Origin: a virus
Taxonomy: Duplodnaviria; Heunggongvirae; Uroviricota; Caudoviricetes
Length of the DNA stretch: 21,207 bases
Virus record (IMG/VR): IMGVR_UViG_3300047323_000428
Coordinates: 1 to 21,207 of that record
Direction: 5' to 3' (one strand)
Shown here: positions 6,801 to 13,900 of the stretch, piece by piece
How the letters are laid out: each line of letters starts with the position of its first letter
How positions within the stretch are numbered: position 1 is the stretch's first letter
The notes under the pieces: generated by a model
Databases searched by the model: none
The model's input: only the letters and a program-made list of their open reading frames with translations
What the model was told of the DNA's origin: nothing
Program-made: the position numbers and the translations under genes

Positions 6801-9519
6801 TGATCGTGTCGGTCGTGCCGGCCACCGTTGCCACGGTCGCATCCGTCACCACGTCCGTATCAAAGAGCGTGACCATCTGACCGGCGGCAAAGCCCGTCAC
6901 ATCATCAACGTAGACGCCATCGGGCACCGTCGAGAGAATCGTCGTCTCTTCGCCACCGGCCGCGCGAATGCGGTTCACCCGCGCGCTGGTATTCACGCCG
7001 CCTGCGATCTGCACGAAGTTGCCAATCACCGAGCGCACAATCGGGGTTGCACGCGCGACATAGTTCGTGAGCAGCAGCACCTTGTAGCTCTTGCCCGCTT
7101 CCATCGTGACGGGCTTGTCGAGCACAAGCGTCGTCGCAGTGGACGCAGCCCCGAGCCGTCCCGACTGTGCCCAGTTCGGCATGTCGTGCTGCACGAGCAC
7201 TACGTCGCCCGGCGTGCAGGCGATCGACTCCAGCGGCGCATCGAACTCGATGGTCTGGGTGAGATACCGGTTCAGGTTGAGCTGAAAGGCGCCTTCCTTG
7301 TAGGCGGCCGTGATGTTGTCGATGCCGTAAAGGGTGATCGCCGACGTGTTCTGCTTGTTGCCCGATTGCGCGAGCGTCGGGTCCACCACCTTCACGGTGT
7401 GGGCGCGGTTGTTGTCGTCGCGGTCGTAATAGGTGACGTCGATTTCGGTCGCACGGTCCTGCGTGCCGAGCCACGTCATCTTGAACGAGTCTTTGACGAT
7501 GTTGCCCATGCCGAACATCATCACGGGGTCGGCCGGCGCTTCAGTTGCCACGTAAAAGCGCGTGCCGACCTGAATTACCTGAGCGTGACCCACGCGCAGG
7601 ATCATGGCCGACGCATCCCAGAAGGTCATCGTCTGGTCAAGCGGCCCGTTCCAGGTGAGGCCGGCCGAGTCGCAATAGGCCGCCCACGCATAGATCGAGT
7701 CCATGTCGATGCGCGAAATGTCCAGGCCCGCGCCGTAGATCGGGTTGGTTGCTGCATCCAGCCAGATCCACGCGGGGTTCGACGAGGGCATCTGGCTTGT
7801 CATCGTCGTGCCGTCGGCGCGGCTGTAGACGGTGATGAGCTTGCCGCCGTGCTTAAAGGAGACGTTGGGCGCGGCCGAGAGCTGGTCGTCCATCTGCACA
7901 CGAATCGCCAGGAGCGCCGTGTGGTTGTAGGCGATCCGGTCGAACGTGATTTCGTTCAGGTCCGTGAGATAGGTGTCCGACTGCGCCGTGTCGCCTGTGT
8001 CGGTCGGAAAGGACGTGAGAACCTTGTTGTTGTCCACGTCATAGGTCTGGACCGCGTAATCCTTGTCGCGGCGGATACGGAAGTCGTATTTGCCCAGCGA
8101 AAGCTGTGGCGAATAGAAGCTGCGGCGCACCACCGAGCGCAAGTTGTCGGTGATGTGCAGGTCCGGCTGCACGCCCGTTTCCTGCAACGTCGTGGAGATC
8201 GCGGTAGTCGTGCGCGCGCTCACCCAGTTGGAAGCCGGCCAGGCCGAGAGCGGGCGGCCGACATAGCCGCCGAACTTGTTGTAGGCGACCGTCGTGTCGT
8301 CTTGGCTCGCGGTGCCAGTGCTGTCACGTTGAGCGCGCAGCCCGTCGACGATCATCGCGTCGGCCGCAGCGGGATCGGTCGGATAGTCGGTGACGACCGT
8401 GCCCTTGACCGTCGGGTAGACCTTCAGGTTGACGTAGGCCGTCTCGACGTCCGAACTGACGTAGCTCCAGTCGGTTTCCTTCGTGCTGGTGGACGGCCGA
8501 TACTGGACGTTGATGTTGACCGAGTTGGGCTTAAAGGAGCCGCTCTTGGAGTCGACCGAATACAGGCCCGAAGGACAGTTGAAGTCCAGGCGCACCTGCT
8601 CGACTTCCGACATGGTGCTGGCGGTAATCCACGAGCCGTCGGCGGGCAGCTTCAGTTGCTTGCTGACCGGGCTCACCACCTTGTTGAACCAGTCGATCGG
8701 CTCTTGCGTGGCGTAGCCCAGGCGCGTTTGCACCGTGACGTTGGAAAACTCGCTGACCGGGCGCCCATTCAACTGAATGTCGGAGATCGAGGCGATCGGC
8801 CCCTCTCCGGCATTGATGAGCATGTAGAGGAACTGGTTGTTGCCGTTGCCCGAGGCGTCCGAGCCGCTCGTGTTGGCCTCGGTGTAGAGGCCGATGATGT
8901 TGCCGGCCGTGCGGAAGTTCGTGCCGTAGACCACCGGCACCGGGATGCCTTCCTGCGACGTGTTCTTTGCCCCGTCCGCGCCATACGAGGGCGAGTTGGA
9001 CATATCCGAACTCGCCGTGGGCAGAACCGGCGGCAGCAGCGCATTGAGCAGCAGCGAGCCCGCAACCGACACGGCCATCGAGGCGGCCGCGCTCGCGGCG
9101 ATCATGCCGCCCGTGGTGACGCCGGCAGCCACACCGGTTGCCGACCCGTAAGCGGCAGCAGCCGCGCCGCCCGTGTAGGCCGCGGCAATCGCAATGGCGA
9201 TCATGCCGATGATGCGGAAGATGCCCTTGCCGCCACCACCACGCGGAATCGGGCACATCACGACATAGTCGTCGGGCTGCAGGTAGGTTTTGGCGAGCGC
9301 AGAGTGCGCGACGATGCCGCCATTGACCGAGATGACGTAATCTTCAGCGAAGACCTTCGGCAGATAAGCCGCGAGCGACTTGTTCTTCCGATACGCCCAC
9401 TTGTCCACTTCGATCGCGCGAAATGGCTCGAACGGATTGGTGATCCGCTTGGCCGTGATGAACTTCTTTTCGCGGGGCGCCTTACGGGCTTTGCGTGGCG
9501 TGGCTGTCGCTGTATTCAT
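3844..9519 (-). CDS. Tail tip / central fibre protein (lambda gpJ-like) with fused N-terminal gpI-like region, about 1891 aa
   Basis: N-terminal Ubl-like segment ending CPIPRGGGG, then Ala/Gly hydrophobic helices, EGIPVPVVYG, GEGPI, SNPAW, EFDAPLESIACTPGDVV, FN3-like domains, coiled-coil repeats, YSVKIDNNGYVAGFGL (DUF1983-like) and 10-aa beta-helix-type repeats. Start at 9519 (MNTATA) is preferred to 9552 but is not certain. Confidence 0.93.
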   Translation of the reverse strand: MNTATATPRKARKAPREKKFITAKRITNPFEPFRAIEVDKWAYRKNKSLAAYLPKVFAEDYVISVNGGIVAHSALAKTYLQPDDYVVMCPIPRGGGGKGIFRIIGMIAIAIAAAYTGGAAAAAYGSATGVAAGVTTGGMIAASAAASMAVSVAGSLLLNALLPPVLPTASSDMSNSPSYGADGAKNTSQEGIPVPVVYGTNFRTAGNIIGLYTEANTSGSDASGNGNNQFLYMLINAGEGPIASISDIQLNGRPVSEFSNVTVQTRLGYATQEPIDWFNKVVSPVSKQLKLPADGSWITASTMSEVEQVRLDFNCPSGLYSVDSKSGSFKPNSVNINVQYRPSTSTKETDWSYVSSDVETAYVNLKVYPTVKGTVVTDYPTDPAAADAMIVDGLRAQRDSTGTASQDDTTVAYNKFGGYVGRPLSAWPASNWVSARTTTAISTTLQETGVQPDLHITDNLRSVVRRSFYSPQLSLGKYDFRIRRDKDYAVQTYDVDNNKVLTSFPTDTGDTAQSDTYLTDLNEITFDRIAYNHTALLAIRVQMDDQLSAAPNVSFKHGGKLITVYSRADGTTMTSQMPSSNPAWIWLDAATNPIYGAGLDISRIDMDSIYAWAAYCDSAGLTWNGPLDQTMTFWDASAMILRVGHAQVIQVGTRFYVATEAPADPVMMFGMGNIVKDSFKMTWLGTQDRATEIDVTYYDRDDNNRAHTVKVVDPTLAQSGNKQNTSAITLYGIDNITAAYKEGAFQLNLNRYLTQTIEFDAPLESIACTPGDVVLVQHDMPNWAQSGRLGAASTATTLVLDKPVTMEAGKSYKVLLLTNYVARATPIVRSVIGNFVQIAGGVNTSARVNRIRAAGGEETTILSTVPDGVYVDDVTGFAAGQMVTLFDTDVVTDATVATVAGTTDTITLATPLSYAPEQFTNYMFGEAAKVKKPFRIKAITLASSSLNRHITAIQYDAAVYDLSSYAEVTSTLIAPALPAEAAAISEVQALSVYEETYVSGTQILSDVRAAWNTPQVGSYAGADVYVAVNSGGFNLVKSVPAATSYVIPGANKGDVLTVKVVAFDIWGKRASFDNAPVASHLVVGYVGNIEVAQVTGVDFVWAGRDCKLYWNYNSVTSSFEFGSEANGADSGTRDPHFLDYEVRIYDAAGYGTKTQKLLRTEHTTDNSYIYTYEKNVGDGQHRHIVFEIAVRDIFNHIGKPTVLDAYNPPPQVTAVTTSSSFDRIQVNFAHTDDTDYAGAQIYLRWSGDLEVSTVPAYDGPDTSALLTGLMFNSDYYFHIVPYDAFGLDETVPSQEFHVRTTYMDVNAIAEGVLKDSQLNADLQTTIGLITAPQSVLGSVNERINTAKSQLTDSITAAVSSETQLRQSATDSLAKRIDTVVSANSTNAALIQTETSARTTADAALSTRIDTIAANTGSNTAAITSEANARTAADSALATQINTVAAGFGVDTTNLCVNPTANDGTTTGWTSAGLTVVSKTNSDVPTGAPSLNVFKQNVRDSVSLRTVDVSPGQQHYFECYVASPVAAATFTIGAMFTTSSGSSSWVAAATQSATTKWTRIAGTVTVPAGVSKCQLWVNINITGTSDANRWYFTDVEWRPASIVQPAMAAISTETTARASADSALSTRIDSVNASLGTTNANVQTETNARVAADQANASQISTLQSTVGSHTTSIQTQQSSINGLNAQYSVKIDNNGYVAGFGLSSYPTTQGVVSQFLVRSDTFAVILPGYPGVYPFTIGTVYGQPRVIINNAIIGDASINNAMIGDLQVTAAKIANGQINTAHIGNLQVDTAHIGANAVSTCAAWNIGSGSVTYTSSGGTLVGLIAGTGSAFSMSINGQQIARFSNAYNQAACGMGVVTNLPAGTYTVQVSGGSTGYFSGAAASCAIIEFKR
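4495..5439 (-). repeat. Five 32-aa coiled-coil repeats (ETxARxxADxALSTRIDT...) in the tail tip protein, split by an inserted domain
   Basis: Glu codons recur exactly 96 bp apart at 5439/5343/5247 and again at 4686/4590. Confidence 0.85.
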
Positions 9520-9877
9520 AAAATCCGACGATCCGATGCTTCCAGTGGTCAAGGCGCTCCGTCACCACCCCACCGGATTGCTCCCAGGTGTGGATGAAGC
9601 GATAGTCAGGAATGACTATTCCGCAGTGCGCAATGAAGCGCCCTGTTTTGAACATGACGAGCGCGCCTTCCTTCGGATAATCCAGGCGGCGCCAGAATTC
9701 GCGGGAGCCCACCATCAGCGCGTGAATCATCCCCGCGTCTTCCGGTGCGCCGTAGTCAGGGACTTTGACGCCCTGGTCCCGCTCGATGATGTAGCGGCAC
9801 AGCCCGTAGCAGTCGAAACTGTCGGGGCCGCGGCCGCCACGCTCGAAGGGAATCCCGATCAGTTCCGTGTTCGTCAT
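9482..9877 (-). CDS. NlpC/P60 (C40) cysteine peptidase, tail assembly protein K-like without JAB domain, 131 aa
   Basis: GIPFERGGRGPDSFDCYGL (catalytic Cys), HCGI and FIHT (His residues). Lies between the gpL-like and gpJ-like genes. Confidence 0.9.
   Translation of the reverse strand: MTNTELIGIPFERGGRGPDSFDCYGLCRYIIERDQGVKVPDYGAPEDAGMIHALMVGSREFWRRLDYPKEGALVMFKTGRFIAHCGIVIPDYRFIHTWEQSGGVVTERLDHWKHRIVGFYEYSDSHATQSP
9602..9619. promoter_or_regulatory. AGTCA-N4-TGACT palindrome, copy 2, intragenic (ATAGTCA-GGAA-TGACTAT)
   Basis: 7-bp arms inside the NlpC/P60 CDS, about 85-100 bp upstream of the tail tip start. Confidence 0.6.
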
Positions 9878-9884
9878 GGTCGCA

Positions 9885-9900
9885 TAGTCATTCTTGACTG
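9885..9900. promoter_or_regulatory. AGTCA-N4-TGACT palindrome, copy 3 (TAGTCA-TTCT-TGACTG)
   Basis: Fills the 28-bp gap between the gpL-like stop and the NlpC/P60 start. Confidence 0.75.
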
Positions 9901-9905
9901 TTATT

Positions 9906-10541
9906 TTAGCGATAAATGGAGCCCGAGGGAACCAATGCCGGCATTCCTCCGAAGTTCACCACGTTCGCGTGCGCGCGGCAGCCGAGCGTGCCGTCGAGCG
10001 TGTGGTCGCAACTGGTGAGCGAGCCCGAGTAGCGGCACGTGTTGGCGTCCTTGAACACCCACGGGCAAAAGTCGCGCCGCTGCGTGCGCTTCGGAAACTG
10101 CTTGGTGAGCGCGCTCTCGGCGCCAAGCGTGAAGCTGACTTCGTAGTTGGCGGCGGTCGCGGCCGTCACCTGAAAATACTCGGCCACTTCCGGGTCGCCA
10201 TCGAGGTTGTTCGCCGCGTAGACGCTGATCTTCACATTGAAGCCCACGCCGCCCGCATAGTCGTTCATCTTCGAGAGCACGGCCTGCGTGTAGTCGGCAA
10301 ACGAGAGCGAGATCGAGGGCGTCTCGCCCGAGGCGGAGGTCAGTTCGATCGAGAACTGCACGGCGGTGTAGGTCTGCCCCTGCACCACTACGTCTTCGGT
10401 GTTGTTCACATAGCGCAGCGTCTCGAGGATGGCGCCCGTGGTCGGGTCCGGCACGTCGATCGACAAGAGCGCCAGGTAGGCGACGTCGCTCGCAATGCGG
10501 TTTTTCTCGATAACCGAGGCGACTGAAAGTTTGTTTGCCAT
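9906..10541 (-). CDS. Minor tail protein L-like (tail tip hub), 211 aa
   Basis: LRYVNNTEDVVVQGQTYTAVQF and a C-terminal four-Cys motif CPW...CRY...CDHT...GCRAH...NFGGMP like gpL. RBS GGAGG. Confidence 0.9.
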   Translation of the reverse strand: MANKLSVASVIEKNRIASDVAYLALLSIDVPDPTTGAILETLRYVNNTEDVVVQGQTYTAVQFSIELTSASGETPSISLSFADYTQAVLSKMNDYAGGVGFNVKISVYAANNLDGDPEVAEYFQVTAATAANYEVSFTLGAESALTKQFPKRTQRRDFCPWVFKDANTCRYSGSLTSCDHTLDGTLGCRAHANVVNFGGMPALVPSGSIYR

Positions 10542-10907
10542 TTATACCTCCTGAACCTTGAAGGTCACGTCGTATTGGTGGGTGCCGCCGATGCCCGAGT
10601 AGGCAAATTGCAGCGTCGTATCGGTGGTGAAGCGCACCGCCACCACCGTGTGGTCGGTCGGGTTCGTCCAGTTGAAGATCACCGAGCCGCCGTGGCAGGA
10701 GTCGAAAAACGCCTGCAGCGTGTTCTTCTGCGCCTCGGTGAGTGCCTGAAAGCCCGAAGTCCACGTCTTGCGCGGGCGGCGCGTGTGACGCGGGCGCGTG
10801 AGCACATAGCCGCCCTCCATCGGGCTGGCGATAGCGGGGTTTTCCTGCTGGACCTGATACTTGCTGGAGTCCTGCAGGTCCATGAATGGCATTGATGCGT
10901 AGCTCAT
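10542..10907 (-). CDS. Distal tail protein (lambda gpM/Dit-like), 121 aa
   Basis: Follows the tape measure gene. Motifs MEGGY..TRPR.TR, L..FF....GG...FNWTNP, VRF, V.F...EV. RBS AAGGA. Confidence 0.85.
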   Translation of the reverse strand: MSYASMPFMDLQDSSKYQVQQENPAIASPMEGGYVLTRPRHTRRPRKTWTSGFQALTEAQKNTLQAFFDSCHGGSVIFNWTNPTDHTVVAVRFTTDTTLQFAYSGIGGTHQYDVTFKVQEV

Positions 10908-10918
10908 CGCGTCTTTCC

Positions 10919-13900
10919 TTACTTCATTGCGGATCGAAGCCCGTCGCGGAAGCTGCCGGGCGATTGGGCGCTCGTGAGCACCACGTCGAGGATCATTTGC
11001 TTGCCGTCAAAGCGCGTGCTGCCCTGCTGCTGCGCGCCCACCGACTGTCCCGTCTGATTGATGACGTTGACGGTGATGGTCGGCGTGCTGCCCGAGGATG
11101 CGGCGCCGTCGCCCGATGCAGCCGTGCCGTCGGTCTTGATCGTGACCGGAATCGAGCGGCCATCGGGCAGCGGGACGTAGGCTTCGTTCATCGAGCCTTC
11201 GCCGTAGAGCGCAAGCTGGGGGCTGTTTGCGATGCCGCCGTTGGCGTATTTGCGAAGCTGGGCGACACCGCGGCTCGTCATGATCCCGCCATCGGCAAAC
11301 GCACCCAGACCCATGCCGGCGGAGGTGCCAAAGAGCGCGCCCGAGCCGGAGATCGAGGACGAATTCGGCATGGTGAAGCTGTAGCCTGCGGCCGAGCCCG
11401 TGTTGGAGGCGCCGAAAAGCCCGCCCAGGCTGCTGCCAAGACCACCGAGCCCTGAGCCACCACCGACTGCAGCGAGCGCGCTCGCCGCGCCGTAGGCAGC
11501 CGTTGCGAGCGAGCCGAGTGCAGACGTCGTGGTTGCCTGAGTGGTGGTAGCCGTCGCCAGGCCGGTCACTTGCTGGCCCATCGCGGCGGTCGCCTGACCC
11601 ACGCCTTGTTGCGTGAACGACTTCAGTGCATCGGTCGCCTGTTGCGTGGCCGCCGGCATCGCAAACGCGTAAGCGGCCGATCCGGCGCCAGTAATGTCTG
11701 AAGCGGTGCTGGCCTGGCCGGCTGCCGTCGATGCGTTCGGGAAGACCAGCTTGTTGATGCCGCTCGTGAGCGCATCCAGCCCCGCCTTCAGGGGCGTGGA
11801 GAACGTCTCCTGCAGCTTGATCTTGAGCACGTCGAGCGCCATGCTTTCCGCGAGCTTGCCGATGTTGAGCTTGCCCGTCTTGACGAACTCCATAATCATG
11901 TCGATGGCGTTCGTCGCCCACGAGGCTTCGGCCTGCTGCATTTGGGCATACGTGTCCTGCCACGAACGCACGAGCCCGTCCATCGGCGACTCAAGCAGAC
12001 GCTTGCGCTCGGCCGCCACCACCGCGAGGTGCTGGTTGAACTCCTGCTCGGCCTGCAGTTGCAGCGCAGTCGCCTGCTTTTGCATGTCGGCGCGCTTTTG
12101 CGGGTCGGTTTCAGCCGCAATGGCTGCTGCCGACGCGTCCTGCTGCGTCTTCATGTCGAGGCTGTATTGCGCGAGATCCTTCGAGGTCTGCGAGTCGAAC
12201 TTGGCGGTGGTGCGCTGGCTCGCAAACGGCAGAAGGTTCTGCATCGTCTCGGCATCGCTTTGCTTGAACTTCGAGGAGAAGTTCAGCAGGTCCGCGCCGG
12301 CGCGGTTAGCGAGCGCCTGATCCTTGCGCTTGGTCCACTCGGCCCAGGCCTTCGTGCCCGTGCCCAGACGCTCTTCGGCACGCGCAAGCTCGCGCTCAAG
12401 CGCGCGCATTTCGCGCGTTTGCTTGGCCGCGCCGTCGTCAGCAGCCGCTTCTTGCGCCGCTTGCAGGTCGTTTTCGGTCGAGGCAAGACGCTCGTTGGCA
12501 AACACGAGCGCCTTCTTCTGCTCCTCGAGCTCCTTGTCCTTGGCAATCTGGTCGATCGCCGCCTTCACGTCCGCGTTGTTGGTGTCGAGCGAGCCGTCGG
12601 CTTTCTTCCACTTGCGGTTGCGCGGGTCGTGCGCCTTGTCGAAGTCACCGCCCAGCCACTTCGCGGTGAAGTCTTCGGTCGCGTCGCGGCGCAGCGCTTC
12701 CATGCCTTTCGGCTGGCGCGTGAGCAGCGCATCAATGTCGGAGGAGAGCTTCGAGCCCTTCGCCTTCAGTTGCTCGATGAACTTGACGAACGGGTCTTCG
12801 AACTCGCGCGTCTTGTGGCCGCCCGAGGTCAGTGCGTTCTTGATAGCCGGATCGGCATCGCCCAGTTCGGCTGCGGCCGGTGCATGCTGCACGTTGACCG
12901 GGCGCTGCGGCCCCATCTGGCCCGCGTCACCGCGCACCGAGTAGCCGCCATTGAACAGGCGCTCGCGCTCGGCAGCCTGAGCCTTGGCGTCTTCAAACGT
13001 CGCGCCGGTGCCGCCCGTGAAGGCCTTCTTGACACCATCCCACCACGAGCCGTCCTTGTTGACCTTCGCGTGAATCTTGCCGCTGTCGTTGCCGGCTGCA
13101 GCTTCGCCGGCCACCATCTGGCCTACAACACCGCTCCACTGCTTCGGATCGAATTTCCAGCTCGCAATGTCGCTGAAAATCTTCTTCATATCGGTCCAGA
13201 ACGTGCCTGCATTGAGCAGGATCGAATCGAACCAGTGGACAAACCAGTCGGACACCTTGTGGCCGCCCACTTCGAGGTTGCCAATGATGCCGGCCAGATC
13301 CCATGCGACGAGCAGCCACCCGACGTAGGGAATCGCGCGCATGAAAAGCGCACCGGTTTCGGCAACGAAGGCACCGACGCGCGCGACGAGTCCGGCGAAG
13401 GCGCCGCCCATCGTTGCAGTTGCGGCAGTGGTGGAGGCGGCCGCCGTTGCGGCGCCAGCACCCATCCCGCCGAGCCCCGCGCCGAGCGCCTTGAACACGC
13501 CACCGATGGTGCCGGTGATCGAGAGAAAGCCACGGATTGCGAGCACCGCGCCGCCGACGGCCGCACCGATGACCGAAAGCTGCGTGACCATTGGATTGTT
13601 CTGGGCGAACTCGCGCGCCGCCACCAGGAAGTCGCGCATGTAGCCGACGAGCTTCGTGACTTGCGGCAGCACCGAGTTGCCGATGATGATGCCGAGGTCT
13701 TTAACCGACGCCTTAAAGCCCTGCACGGCGCCGTCATAGTTCTTCATCACCTCGTCGTTGACCGCATCGACGCCCTTGTTCTGCTTGACGAATTCGCGCT
13801 GCTCGTTGATCCGTTGGGCCGAGTGCGGGTCGATCGATTGCGACATTGCGGTCGCCGCCGTCGTCTGAATCCCGAGCGCTGCAAGCAGACGCGCGATGGC

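Noticed and set aside
5347-9597. 1416-aa plus-strand ORF
   Set aside because: Antisense shadow of the tail tip gene. Arg/Val/Gly/His-rich with no domain motifs, as expected from GC-biased codons on the opposite strand.
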